DNA of 64,000 nucleotides, taken from positions 57,724,001-57,788,000 of the forward strand of contig CM052817.1 in assembly GCA_028534125.1 (NCBI GenBank). The letters are read 5' to 3'. Under the pieces are notes generated by a model. That model saw only the letters and a list, made by a program, of their open reading frames with translations. It did not search any database and had not been told where the DNA came from. How positions within the stretch are numbered: position 1 is the first letter of the stretch; the number at the start of each line of letters is the position of its first letter. Positions 50,230-64,000 of the stretch are shown in pieces. Source of the DNA: Lama glama (taxonomy: Eukaryota). A program made the translations under genes and the position numbers.

Positions 50230-52330
50230 GAATGGCAGAATGTACAATGCTATACAAGACATGGCCCCTTCACCTCAAGCAACCGCAAGTCTAGATAAAT
50301 AAATGAGAGGCACATAAAAGCTAGTAAAACACGGGGTAGTAAACTGTGATAAAATGGCATGAGGAAGGTAAAAGTAAAATATTCAGAATGAGGTGTGATT
50401 ACTTCTGGCTAAAGGAAACATTATCAGAACCGGATTTGAAAATTTTGGTCAGACTGGGAACTTCATGGACAAAACATTGTGGCAAGGAAGTGATTTTGTC
50501 TGGTTGGAGAATAGGCCATGGAGATAGAATAGTACCCTAAAAGCTATTCAGTAGGTCTTAAATATTCAAGAATTGTTCCGTGTATCATGTGGTAAACATT
50601 TTGTCTGAGGAAGAATGTTCTGGAAACGATGTGTGGAACAATTTGGGAAAAAGGGGAGAAGAGATGGCTGGATCACATAGGGGATTAGTCATAGCAATAA
50701 TCTGAAGAGAGGTGACCAGAAGAATGGGAGTGGAAATGGAGCAAAGGGATTGGTGGTGTGAGCTATTGTAGAAGTTGAATGGACAGAATTTAGCAACTGT
50801 TGTTTACAACTGTGGTAAGTCAAATTTTATCCTCCCTGCAAGCTAACACGTTAGCCTGCCACATGTTATGAATGCTGGCCAGAGACACTGGAGTCCTGGT
50901 TCAGAGACAAATGACTTTATCCTTCACAATAAAAGCAGTAGCCAGAGTATCGTCATTTTCTTGATTAGCTTCTCCAAGTCCCAGTTCCCACAGGGAGGTT
51001 CAGGTGACACCCGCACAGCCAGTGGGTTGCATTATAGAAGAGGAATCCAGGGCCCAGGGAACCTGAATCTTCTATAATAGGCAGTTAACATGCCTTTCCT
51101 TTGCTCCCAAAAGAGACACTATCTCTAACCAAGGCTGTAAACACATCTGTCCTTTGCTTTAGAGAGAGAAACTCTCTTCTGACTTTCCCTGTTCCAAGGC
51201 TATTCACTATACAAAAAGATAGTCTCAAACACTAGGCAGTTAGTATCTTGTTTGCAAAATGTACAGAAATGTGAAATACTTGTTCTCTCAACACTACTTG
51301 GATGTGGGCAAATGACATACAACAAGGAGTAAAAACAATCAAGTTTTGAGTTTGACTAGAAAAATGGGGACCATTATTATAGCAATAAAGAAAAAGAGAA
51401 CAAAGTAGGTTTCGGGGGCAAAGTTATTTTGTGTTATGTTGCATCTGAGGTGCTTGCATAAATACATTTGAAAATATGAGACCAGAGTTAAGACTTCAGA
51501 AATATAGACCTACTTTGAATATTTACTCCAGAGAGGCATTTGAGGACGTCATCAGGGTTCACAAAACTAAGAAAAAGAGGCAACTGAGGGAAAACAATCC
51601 GGTACCACATGAAGAACCTTCTCAGTTATGCAGCAAGGCAGGAAAAGGAGGGACAAAGCAAAGGCAAAGTAAGAGATGGGAGATGAAACACAGGAAGCAA
51701 CAATATTTCAGAAGCTGAATAAAAAAAGGCCTTTAATTGACTGGTACTATGACTGGCAGTTTCAAGCACCAGAAAAAAAGAAAATGAGGAAGAGAACCAC
51801 ACGTGTACTTTCAGTACTAAGCACTTTATGCATGGGAGATGCATGTGTGTTTATTAAACATCTGTTTGTTTAAGTTTGTTGAGTAATCCAGAAACAGATG
51901 GAGGGAAAATTCAAATTTTAGGAGATAAAAGGAATAAGCAAGACCATTGGAGGCCATGACAGTAGACAACATTTTGTGAAACTGTGAGTAGAGAAGGCTG
52001 TTGGGAGATTAAATTTTGAGGGTAACAGGATTAACGATGAGTAGGATTTGGGGTTTTTGTTTGTCTTTCTAAAGAAATGGCAAGACTTGGTAATGATTTC
52101 AGTAGGAGTAGAGTTTCATGATACAAGGCAGAGAGGGGTTGCTTCATAGAGTAAAAGCTCAAAAGACAGAGAAAGGGATGGAATCAAGAACAGAGGTGAT
52201 TACTTTGGGAGAAGCAGGGCATGTTAACACACAGAGACAGTTCTAGATGGAGACAAGAGAAAACAACATAGTCTTTTTTCCTAGGTAAACTAAGTGATGA
52301 GATCATACTGATGAAAGGAGTGGGAAAGGC
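50230..52330 (-). mobile_element. Decayed LINE-2 segments, interrupted by an LTR
   Basis: Purine-rich tract with L2-like gagtggaaatggag..tagaagttgaatggacagaatttagcaactg | ttggatgtggg on either side of the LTR. Confidence 0.55.
50800..51292. mobile_element. ERVL-class solo LTR (MER74/MER73/MER54-like)
   Basis: TG...CA bounded ~490-bp block ending ctctcaaca, related to 3008-3790; splits an L2. Confidence 0.6.
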
Positions 52331-52339
52331 AGGGCAGGG

Positions 52340-52495
52340 AACTTATATTTACTGAATAATCTTGTAAAGTAGTTAATCATCCCATTTTATTGATGATAAC
52401 CATGAATGTCAGAGATTGCATATTTGCCTAAAGTTACAAAGATGATTAATAGTCGAGCTGGGTTCAAAACCGTATCATTCTTATGCTAAAGGCAA
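52340..52495 (-). mobile_element. MIR fragment
   Basis: atcatcccattttattgatgataaccatgaatgtcagaga..tttgcctaaagttaca..gagctgggttcaaaacc. Confidence 0.65.
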
Positions 52496-55400
52496 GTTTT
52501 TAATTGTTGTGGTGGGGTTGTGTTCTTAAGGAAAGTGGAAAAATTTTATAATGTTCTCTGAAAAATAAGCTAAAATATCAATTAGAAAGAAAGAAAACAA
52601 CTGCCGAGCAGCAGTGAGTGCCATGTGGAATCTGGGGACCATCGCTTTTGAGTTGAGCCAACCCACCCAAATATCTGGATTTTCTTTGCAGGTAAAGGAT
52701 TTAGTCTACGTTCTGAACCTTTCACGTGGGCTGAGGTCATTGTGAAATGTTTTACAGCAATAATGTAAGAGTGCTCAAGAGGTAAAGAGAAAAAAACCCC
52801 ATCACTACCCACAAAGAGTTCTATTGCCAGTTTCTTCTCTAGACTGGCCTCCTGGGCCTCATAGCTAGTTTGTAAACAAATAATTTGGGTGACCCAGTTA
52901 TGTTATGCAAACTAAAAGCCAAATCTAAAACAGATACACAATACCAGATTTGTACACAAAACCACCTTCCATTCAAATTTGTATATCATACAATAAAAAT
53001 TTAATTACGTAATTCCAAGTATTTTGAAACAAGAAGTCACCCTGACATAAAATTGACATACATAAAGGAGACTGCGCATAATGCACTTTTAAATGAAATT
53101 AAAAAATTGAAATTTGATTTTTTGAGATTAAAAACAATTCAATGTAAATCTATATTTAATTATTTGGAATGAATATTGTATGTGTTTCGCATCCTCCTTC
53201 TATATAAACTTCTATGGTTTCAACACCCTCATTTGAGATTTCTCTTACTTTGGGTTAATTTTGATATCTCTGAATTTTAAGTCCAGGGAACTGCACAATC
53301 TTCTCTCACCCTCACATTTTTAGGGCTGGCATTCTTTTGCTGTTGTTGTTGTTTGGCTTCGCATTCCCATTTTTCACATCTCAAACTATAACTAGGTGTG
53401 GAGCACTCTGTGGAAACCAGACGTAGGCAGCACAAAGATGGTTTTATTAGAAAGTTCGCTAGAGCAGAAGAGCCAGTACACACAGTTATACTTTCCTCAC
53501 CGACTCAGCAGACTTACCCTGGAAAAGAATGTCTGCCTCTGTTGAGTTTTACTAGGCAACTGGAATATCTGAAAGCTGATGGATGTTCTAAAGAAAACAA
53601 AAACCAAACCAGTGGATAGAACTATGTTCGTGTTCTTACATGCTCATGCCCAGAAAATAGCACATTGGAGCATCTCTAAGATTAACTGTTAACACAGCAG
53701 AACAATTCCTGCCCAGAATTGACAATGCAATCATTTTTAACTTTTTTTTTATCACAAGTATAAAATAACTACTTCTTTATGAGAAACTTAAAAATAAATT
53801 CACTGTGTAAATAGATAAAAATGATTCCTACCCATTGTTCTTTTTCCCCCGGGACAGGGGACTCAGGCACATCAAAGCAATTCGCAGAGCTCCTTGAAGC
53901 ACGTGTGAAAAACACAATGATCAACTAAGTAAATGCTTCTCTCAAAAGAGATATAAATATGTTACTTCAGGAAAAGGCAGCCCAGAATATTATTTGCTGG
54001 TTGAGCAACTTCTTGAAGCCATTTTCAATTAACTGCTGATAAATTACTGTAATTTGACAGATTAGCTAATCCATATTTCATTTACATACCTGTAAAATGA
54101 GACTTTCAAAGCACATTTACGCACCAGTTACACACAGGTGCTGTAAAAAAAAGCGCTCACGGAGTATCTAAATGTAAAAACTTACACCTTCAACTTTATG
54201 TTTTTCCTGGCCTAGCACCATATGTATTGAATGAATTAATAAATTAACGAACAAGATTGACATGGGTTCATTTTAACCACACTCAGAACAGAAATCATTT
54301 CCATAGATTATTTAAAGATGAACCAGCACATTCATTACCCCTAAATCTCTCTGTAACTGACATCCCAATTTCACTCTGAGCTATTCAGCCTTAGGTGTTA
54401 AGCACACCTCTCTCCTCTGGTCCTCTCTTTAAATTCACAGCTATTTCTGGCAGGTAGGGCAACTGCCTTGGTGAGTGTGAACACACACCACCATGGAGTT
54501 CAAGGCACCTGAGGAAAAAAGGCTGCTAAAATGGGGAAATAACTAAGGAAAAAGACAGGAAGCTGGAAATATAACATCTATGCGTTTGTCTACTTGTAAT
54601 CTAATTTATATGGCAGTCATTTGAATAAGAATATAAGGTATTTAGAAAATTCAGTGTTGCCTCTGGCTGTACTTCATGCTGTGGACCCTTAATACAAAGC
54701 CATGTCCTTGTCTGGTATCACAGAGGACAATTTAGAATTGAGAGCTCAGTCTCCCGGATGGTTTACACATTCTACCTGGAGGCATACCAAGAAAATTGAG
54801 TTTATTATTTTCAGAAAAGGCTGCCATTATTCACGTTAGAGAGAGGGCTGATGGGAGATTTTTTTAAAACAGATTTTAAAAGATCATGAAGGTAAGCTGG
54901 CTTTTAACAACAACAAAAAAAGATCTATACATTTTCTGACTGACTGAATTTATGAAGTCCAGAAACTCAGCTGACAGCTTAAGCTTTTTTTTTTTATTGC
55001 AATGGGGAAATCTGAGTATTATCTGGACTATCAGTTGTGAAATTAAGCAAAAGGGAAGTTTTGCTAATGGGTGGTTTTAATATTCATGAATGTGATGGTT
55101 CAGCATTTTCTCCAATGTTTTCCTCAGCAAGACTGCTAATTAATGATCATCTTTACAAATAGAACATATCATTGTCTGAGACTATTTTTTCTTTGCCAAG
55201 AGTTAATACTTCTTATTTTGAATATGTTTTATTATTCTACTCCACATTTCTGCTTATTTCTACCTGAAAATGTCTTGATTTTCTTCTCATTCCATCCTCT
55301 TATTCTCACTATAGGATTTTTAAAAGCTTGATTTACTATATTGAAGTCCTCCAGCTGGGAAGTCAGCAATGTTTTGATTTCCAGGGATCCATCTGACATT

Positions 55401-56199
55401 AGGTTGACTTTGTGAAGCTTAACATCAACATGAAAGAAAAGATTTTTTTCAAATAAAATGCCTGAATCAAAATGAGAGGTCAGATTTTTACAGGGTGTTT
55501 TGTGTCTTGAAAATCTTCCTCCTGTAATTATCTGGAGCCCTTGGCTAGATAATTATTAAGGGACTCTTGCAATTGTCCCTTTTCTCTGCATAGATCATCA
55601 CGGTAATTAAGACAGGATCACTGGAGACATGTTGCTGTTCTGCATCTTTAAGTATTTTTAGTTCCTCATTATCAAAAGAAGAAATGCATGAAGAAATAGG
55701 TTGCCTCTCAGCCAAATTTTCTGATGTACAGATATTCTCAAAAAGGTCTCTAGAATGTGCTTTAATCTTATTTCTGTACGTTTTTCTAAAGGAGGTCATT
55801 ATGAATTTTACACATATTTTATAACTTTTATTTTATGTACTTTTCTGGTTTGATTTCAATTGAGCTAGTAAAGAAATAGGAATCAGGTGCTTGCTGCAAT
55901 CAAGATGCTGAAGTTATATTTACACTGTATCACAACTCTGAAGTGTGAACGCTTAGCAAGAGAAGACTCGGGCTGACAACTGATTAGCCACAGAGCAATT
56001 CAGAGCTGCCTAGAGGAGCCTTCCTGGGTTCATGCAGTGATGGGAGAACCCGGCTCCTGGCTATAGGAATGCGAACTAAAGTGCATTCATTCCAAGACTT
56101 TGGAGGATGTCTTATTACATTGTGCTGCATTAAAATAAAAATGCAACCAAAAGCAAGCAAACTGAGTGATAAGAACTGCTTCATTTTCCTCACCAATTT

Positions 56200-56590
56200 C
56201 CTTAATTACCTTTTTCTACTAGAATAGAAAGGATCTGAGAGAAGTAACCAAAAAGTCTTATCCTTAGATCTCAAAACAGTGCATGCACCTAGCACTTGCT
56301 TTGTAAGTGTTCATCGAATGACTGCACCTCCTCTATGAATTCTTCCATGATATCCTCTATCAGAGCTAGTCACTTTCTTCTTCACCCCTAAACACTTTTC
56401 CCAGAGATGTAGTTCAGCAGAAACTGCCCTGTTTCGAATTTATTGGTGTAGCTCTCCTGGGTTATAGGTTTCTAAGATCAAGGATGACATCATACTCATC
56501 TTTACCTTCCACAGTTCTTTGCCCAGTGCCTAGAAAATAATGCCAAGTAAAATTTGTTTTTAAATGAATGTCTGAATGAATGTATGTAAA
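56200..56590 (+). mobile_element. LINE-2 3'-end fragments
   Basis: cagtgcctagaaaataatgccaagtaaaatttgtttttaaatgaatgtctgaatgaatg with an L2-type (TGAA)n tail. Confidence 0.55.
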
Positions 56591-56844
56591 ACACCAGTGG
56601 ATAAAACAGAGAATCAGTTACTAAAAAATTAATTCAGTTTAAGTGTTCTAAAATAAGAGTCCCTCAGTGATTTGTAGCAGAAATTAGGATTCAGATCCAA
56701 GTAGAAAGAATACTGTCATCCCTTAAAGATATCACAATTTGTTGTATGATAGGTTAAAACACATTGTTTGATATTACGTGTTATCATACACTTGGTTTTT
56801 AATTTATTTACCTTGTACGCATAGCTAGTTATAGAACATTAAGA

Positions 56845-57020
56845 CCAGTATGCATGGGCAGCACCTGAGGTACTCATTATAAATGCAGATTCCCAGCCTT
56901 TGTCCCTTAACTACTGAATCAGCATCTTTGGGGATGTACCAACAGAAATTTGAATTTTAAAAAATAAGCGCTTTGGGCTATTTGGGTGATCTGTAGAGAT
57001 GAAAACTTTTTATCCATTGC
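56845..57020. mobile_element. MER5A-like hAT MITE
   Basis: gcagcacctgaggtactcattataaatgcagattcccagcc..ctactgaatcagcatctttggg. Confidence 0.7.
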
Positions 57021-57484
57021 TGCAAAATTTTATATACACATTGGCTGTAAGTTTCCTCTTTCTGAGAAAAGAACATTTTCTCTGGGTAGAAAAAAAGATA
57101 ACCAGCTTTTCTGAGAGTACACACTTCTAGAGAAGTCTTGTTCCCGTGACTCTATCACCCAAGGCGTAGTGAGAGCGAACTTCCCTCATTTGCCCTCACT
57201 CCCTTCCAAAAGAAGCTCCCAAATCTCATTACAGATGGTCTATTTTCTATTCTTGGTGTTATCTGTGGACTCCCACACCAGCTTAGGAATCTGGATAAAG
57301 AAAGAAAGTACCAGTCTTCAAGTACTTAAAAAAGATTGGCTTTTCAGAATTACAAAAAATGAATGAGTGTAAACAACGTTTAATGAAAGTGTCTTGACAA
57401 TAAAGTGAACTTGTAGGCTAGAAAACAATAGTAGCTTTTATATATGTGTGGTGTATATATACATATAATTTTTTTTTAAACTTA

Positions 57485-57650
57485 CCACTTGTTAGGTACT
57501 TATTAGAGGCTTTACCATAACCTTAGGAGGTAGGTGCTAGGATGAGGTCCGCTCTACGGACATAACTAGTTTACTGCCATTCTCTCACCATGTAGGAAGT
57601 GGAACGAGGAAGCTTGGCTCCAGGAGCTATATCTGAACGACCAAGCCCCA
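57485..57650 (-). mobile_element. MIR fragment
   Basis: ttaggtacttattagaggctttaccataaccttagggaggtaggtgcta..tggctccaggagc. Confidence 0.5.
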
Positions 57651-60499
57651 AGGCCTTCAAAGCAAGCCTGAATATGTGTGGGTTTGTATTTAGGCATCTA
57701 TGCGTACCAGGGTGCTACTTGTATTAAAGCTATCTACCGACGTTTACCTTAATGGTTGGAATTCAGGCAAATGAGAAAATATTTGTATCTTCTCAACCAT
57801 TCAGATTTTAGCAGAATTCATTAACAGTTTGTATCCTGTATATCTGAGCAGTACATTTCAAATGTAGCAATTGGGTGGGAACTTTTTTAACTGTATGATA
57901 CAAACACAAGTACAAGAAATATTGAAGAAAAAAACTTTCTCCAATTACCCTCTACTCGTAAGTCTCTCGTTGTCTCTAAATTTGACTTTAAATCTTGCCA
58001 CATTTCTCAGAAAGTAGTATCTTCTAACTGACTTCTACTAAATGGTTTAGAAAAGGAAAAAAAGATTGAATACAATGCGAGCCACTATTATAACACTGTT
58101 TCATTTCCCTAACATCTCTCTTTAGAGCATACCACCTGCTCTAAAAGTAGTTAGTATCAGTCTCTTAGCATGTTTAGTTTCATTAATACACACACACAAA
58201 TACATATGTAAATATACATATACACAACCACATACACATATATCAGACTAGAATGCTTTCTTGGAGGGGCCTAGGGTCTATGTGATGTCTATTGTTACTT
58301 ACATTTTCATAGTACTTGCACACACAAGAAAATTAAAAACTTGAGACTAAAGAAAGGATTACTATATCTCCTTTAAATGTTACTTTGAACAGGTTCACCA
58401 ATGAATATTAAAATACCTAAAAGAAAACATCTGCATTAGACTATGATTAACTTTCTGATTAGAGCCCAATACTTTGAAGTTGTAAATCGTAGTTTTTGTC
58501 CAGTAGGAAATGTAATCCCAAAGATTATAGTTCGTTGGCCAGTAAACTATTACCAGTTTTGTATCTATTTAGCCAATTCATTTCAGAAGTCCTCTGACTC
58601 ACTGTTTCTATGAATCTTTCTTCCTCAAATTCTCCTTTGAACCAGTCTTACCAGCTTTCTGTTTTCCATATTAATCAGTTGAATAAAATCTTTACTATGT
58701 ATTCATTTCATTTTTGTGTGAAACTTTTTTTTTTTTACTTTTTGAAAACTATACATTAACACTATAGAAAGACCAATTGTGAGAGTTACCTGAAGGATTA
58801 CTGAATTGTTTTTTCCTCTTTAAGTTTTAACATTCTGTGTAATTTTAGATTATTTAAAAACTCAAAATATTTTGGGCTCATATTTATAGTCTTCCTAAGG
58901 AGTATAATCTGTTACCTAAATTAGGTAAATAGATTTCGTTGAAAATTTTCATACTTAAAAGGTAAATACATAAAAAAAGAAAGAACTATCTTCCAAATCT
59001 CCAAGCCATACTCAATATACTGACTCCTTAATTAGGAACTCAGCAAGAATAGGTGGATTTTAAAAAAAAACATACACTGCACGGAGTGTTGCTGTCAGTT
59101 ATTTTTATAAGTTGTATTGTCTTTTTCATTTCCCTTTTTATTTGGAATGTATTACATACTCTGGTGGTTTCAGAGAAAGCATGTATCTCCTCTCACTCCA
59201 AGCATCTTTTCAGAAGAGTACAAGTACAAAATATGAACAAGAACAACGGTTACCCAATTCCAAGCCAATCAAGTGGCCTTGGAAGGACAAAAACCAGAAC
59301 ATCTAAAGCAATAAAGGGGTCTGATCATCGGGGAAGCCCTGGGGAAGTGGCTACTCATTTCCCCTCTCAAAACCTTTTCCTAAAAGAGCACCAGTCTGCT
59401 CTCCTATAGGGAAGAGGCTAACTCCCCAGAGAACTACTCATCTTCCCCTCCACGTTCCCAGTTTACACACACACCCAATGAGATTAATTAACACTTGTTC
59501 CAGGAAGACACACAGACAATAACAGCATCCGATATTGGAATAGTCCTTAGTGAATAAGTATAAAACTCATGGAGGGAGAGGGAGATATTTTGAGAGAGGA
59601 AACAAGCATTGAACTTTATTGCTTAAAGTCAAGAGAAATTGGTATTTGAGGTTAAAGTATGAAAAAAACATACTTTTGAAAAACAGAAACATGAACAAAA
59701 CAATGAAATTTTGTACTAAGTATCCAGTTTTTGTGGCAATGGTCTGTTACTCTAAGAAGCTTACATGAAATGAACAATTGGCCCTGAAACATCTACTATT
59801 AAAGTGTGCTCTGAAGATCTGACAACCTTCAACAAAGGGATGGTTGGGATGCTACAAGCAGACCCATAATTCTAAGACACAAGTAGAATGATATTCCTTT
59901 TAAGTATAATATCAGTCATTTCATATAATACAGTTATAAAAACTGTCTTTTTCCCAAAACAAAATACAGTCAGATTTAAAATGTCTCTTCTCTGAGATGG
60001 ACACTCGACAATTTAAATTAAAGAGTCCTTGTTTTTAGAAGAAAACTATGAAAGCGAATGCTTTTGAGAACTTGGCTGTATCTGAGCCATTTCAATAATC
60101 AAATTCCATGTTCACTTTTGAGTGATGACTTTGGAAGCTGTCAGGACCTACCAGTTATAATTTTTCTATTCACAGAGTTACATTCTTTAAAAAAAATTGG
60201 TATTTTATGTACATTACCTAACAATTTCTTTTCACAGCATTTCAGGAACACAAAAAATGTGCATGCATTAACTTAATAGGTATTGAGATGTTTCCCACTG
60301 GTTAAGTTGCATCCATGCAATAAATCCATGTTCAGCAATGTTCCCCAATAAAGCTTAATGTTTATAAATTCATACATATCTAAATTTACATTAGGAAGTT
60401 TTCACATTGTGAAAATTGATATATAGCATTTTGTAGTCAAAGGCGTCACCACAGTGCCACTGTTGTTCTTTTTTGTTTATTTCTTGCACATTTTTGGTA

Positions 60500-60915
60500 T
60501 TAATGACATAAATAGGGCAATGTTAATCATCTGCATAAAATTCCAAGGCCTTCCCACAGCCTCTACATAACTCCAAACTTTATACTATACAATCTGAAAT
60601 AGTTTGTATCAACAGCCTCCATTTCTTCCTCCTCTATAGTCTACCCGCTCTGGTCTCTTTCATGTCATTAAAATCACCAGATTCTCCCACCCTCAGCGCC
60701 TTCATGTCAGCCTGTTCTGCCTTGGATCCTTCTGCCCCACATTCTAATCACCCCAACCCCACACATTCTCTCTCTCATCACATGGTTGGCCCCTTCTTGC
60801 TTTTCCAATCTCAACTGAAATGAGACCTTCCTGTATAAACATTCCGTAATCTGGACTGACTGAATCCAAACAGCTAATGGGTTTTTATTCTCACTACATG
60901 CTCTCTGTGCATCTA
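60500..60915 (+). mobile_element. LINE-2 fragment
   Basis: Pyrimidine-rich ataaaattccaa..ctgttctgccttggatccttctgcccc..tctcaactgaaatgagaccttcc. Confidence 0.55.
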
Positions 60916-63900
60916 TTTTGTAATGCTTTGTTTGGGAGGAAAAAATGAGAGGGAGGCGGTCTCAAGAGAACGGAAACACTGATGTAGAGGTGCAAAAGGG
61001 GAAACAGTATCTGTTCCCCCCTCGCCGGCTCTAGGGATCTTAGCTAGGGGGAAAGAGTGAAAACTGCAGCAAATGCTGAAGGTGCTGTTTTGATTGAGGT
61101 AATTGAAGTACTAGGGCACAAGAGGCAAGGTCACTTACAAGGGTGGCAGCTGCTCCATTCCTCCCTCAGTAACTCGGGGGCAACAGATTCCAAAAAGGAA
61201 AACAAAGCAGATGAAAGTGAGCAGACTTGTTCTCAAGCACACAGGAGACACCCTTGGAGATTGTAATAAATCACTGGGAGACCGTGAGGGGAGGTTTAGG
61301 CCCTGCCGATGGAGTTCTGCAATGGAGGGGCATCAAATACTTATCTTCAGGCTGTCAAGTCCAAAGCTTCTTGGGTTAAGTAAATGACCCCTGGGATGCT
61401 AACAGTCAGTGATTATCAGCAGTTACAGATCTGTCTCTATATTAAACCAGATAACAGCACCCAGGAATTATCAAAAGCCACAAATCATTCCCAATGTCAT
61501 GCACTAACAGTGATTTTCCCTTTCCTTATAGCTACTTAATGGATACTGGCAAGCTGTCAAACAGAAGTAAGGATAAATGATGTTCTAAGTTTAAGGTGAG
61601 TCAACAGTCAGACTTGGTATGGTCAGGGAATTTTGTCTGTTTTCTAGCTAGTTTCACTTAGTACAGCCATAAATCTAGCCGTAATTAGTCTCTAACTCCA
61701 ATTACTCAATGCACTTAAGCATTTCATTTGACTCTCAACCATGGAAAATTGCAGCTGATTTGATGGTAGTAATATGCTGTCACTTGCATGCATATGATGC
61801 TGTCAGTGCAACATGTGCTTCCAGTATCTGTTTTTTCCTTGTGGTATTAATGGACTATCATGAAGTATTTTATTTTATATTTTTCCTAGTTCCCTAGGGA
61901 CTAATAGGATGCATTTGAGAAGCAAGTGCATGTGGCAGAGTTTGTGGCCAGTAGCTACATTTTTTCCCAAATATGAAACAAATTAGCTTATATAGAAATT
62001 CATCAGAGCATAGGAACAATTTTTATTATTTTTTAATAAATTTAACTACTTGAAACATCACCAAAGTCGATGAAAAAACTATACATTCTATAATGGATAG
62101 TAAAAATTATTTTTAACTGAAATATGACAAGCAAATTGCTGTTTTAATCACTAGGATTGCCATTTAAAACAGATAGTTAAGCATTTACTTTTTAATCTGG
62201 GAACACGTTAAAGCAAATGGTATTTTATACCTAAATCACATTTAACATATTTAAAAATAGATAGTAATTTTTTAAGTTTTTAAACTTTAAAAATGTGTTT
62301 GATATGTGTGGGTATTCCTGAACTTGATCAAGATTTTCATTTCTCCAAGAATTTTATTCACCTACAGAATCAAAATAGTAAGGCTTTGTAAATTTCATCA
62401 AGTGCTAATTTAACAGCTAAGTTTTTATTAATTAACTTGTAAAGGAGACAATAATGAGATTCAAAGGAAACGGCACTGTCTGTGGACAGCTCCAATTCCA
62501 GATTCCAAGGAAACTATTAAAACATTTATAGCACTGAGAGTGAGTCAGACAGGTTTTATACTCGCTTGTGTGGCCATATTGCACAGCAGTGGGGGGTTCA
62601 AAGTAACAACATTCAGCCATCCATTTAGTCTCCAATTGGAGCGCAGGCAACTGCAATTTGTGATTATGATGATAAATTTCCAAAAATGATGCACTACCTG
62701 TAGACCCATGTTAAAAATTATTCAGTGGGGACTAAAAAGTTACCTATGTTGAAAATAAAAATTCACAAATATATACATGTGAGATAAATTGGAAGATTTA
62801 AAATGCTTGTTTTAAATAGAGTTATAAAATTTAAATAGAAAATAGCTTAGCATATATTTGTTAATATTATACTATTTTTATTTCATCAGTTTTACTAAGT
62901 AAGGCAAATATATGATTTTTTTTTAATACAAAAAAGAAACCTACGTGAAGTATACTCTATATGACCACAGGGTAAAAAAATTTTTTATGATTATTAGCAT
63001 GGGAAAGTGTGAACACTTAGATACTTCTCATAATTTAAATTAAGTATATTTAATAAAGGAAATCTTATTTTACCAATAACTTGAAATCTTAAGAACACAT
63101 ATGACCTCAAAACATACAATGTTAATTTGTCCTGAAAATAACCGCTTTAAAATTATTTAAGCTTAAATATTCTCCTAAATGCTTTGTGAGACTTAAACTA
63201 CAGTCCTCCAGAACTCTTGACAAAAAAGGAGAGAAAGATGTTTATAGAGTTCAGGGAAAGTTGAAAGATGCCCTTTGTCATCTACTCCTTACATTTTTAA
63301 AGAGTAAATGGTAGATCGTTCTCTAGGGAGCCTACAAAATGGCTAAAATTAAATGTTTGGACGTAAATGTGGACTGCAGAGTTAGCTACCCTAATTTAGT
63401 ATTCTCAAAGGTAAATTAAAAGCAATTATATATACTTTTAATGTGCTCAACTGTAATGAATATTATAAGAAACCTAGACTTATAAGAATAATGTATTTTA
63501 AAAGCCCTAGATGACAATGTAGTAAGTATATTTACAAATAATGCTTTTGTTTTCATTTTAAGCATAGTTGTTTAAAATTTTCAATATGCCTTCCCCACTT
63601 TTGACCTGTGATATCTTGACATTCAACAAAAGGGTAAGCCAAAAATTAAGTGGAATAATTGGAAAGAATATTAAATCAATATCTGATAACAATAGTAATA
63701 TAAGATTTTTATGCATTATTTGGGCTTAAAAATTACCTAATGTTCTAATAATAAACATAATGGTTTATTCAAATAATTGTGCCTGTCATCCTTAGACGCT
63801 ACTGGCAACTCAAAATAATGAATTACGCCCAGATAAAGAGGGCCTTTGTATAGACGTGTTCTTATTCTAATGACTTATTATTTATTATTATTCTCCAAAT

Positions 63901-64000
63901 ATCTTTTAGGCACCAATTATAAGATGGCCAGAAACAGAAATTTTGTGTCTATAATAAATAAAGACAGATAGTCATTCAATAAAATCAAGTATATGCTACT

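Larger units (their letters stand above)
25619..64000 (-). other. SNCA: SNCA intron 4 (partial; upstream exons lie beyond the window)
   Basis: No KTKEGV-repeat/NAC exon seen in the remaining 38 kb; this intron is known to be very long in mammals. Confidence 0.85.

Noticed and set aside
59053..59409. 118-aa ORF with a hydrophobic N-terminus
   Set aside because: Non-ATG start, and the hydrophobicity reflects T-rich intron DNA
60997..61020. Hairpin ggggaaacag-tat-ctgttcccc
   Set aside because: Too short for a miRNA or snoRNA precursor and expected by chance in 64 kb
1..64000. CRISPR arrays, operons or other prokaryotic systems
   Set aside because: Mammalian intronic and intergenic DNA; no regularly spaced repeat-spacer array and no dense coding structure

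Overview
AT-rich mammalian genomic DNA, probably from a camelid (alpaca/llama/camel) because it carries a tRNA-Ala-derived Vic-1-type SINE. The only real gene is the 3' end of alpha-synuclein (SNCA) on the minus strand. It comprises the 84-nt penultimate coding exon (25535-25618), the last coding exon (23467-23499) and its 3'UTR, which has miR-7 and miR-153 seed sites and several poly(A) signals. Everything above 25618 is part of the very long SNCA intron 4, and everything below about 22300 is downstream intergenic DNA. The rest is transposon debris: a decayed ERVL provirus, an ERV1 (MER34/MER4-like) provirus interrupted by a near-full-length dead LINE-1, truncated L1s, MIR/L2, Tigger/hAT MITEs and microsatellites. 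Almost all ORF-track entries are L1/ERV remnants or chance ORFs. I found no convincing new biological system. The best second-look items are: a divergent SNCA acidic tail that alters known cleavage and epitope residues, apparent turnover of SNCA poly(A) signals, a 3'-truncated 5S rRNA retrocopy with target-site duplications, a 30-bp micro-inversion inside an L1, and a 27-bp TSD-flanked mini-insertion. Repeat family names and human comparisons come from recalled consensus sequences, not from searches.
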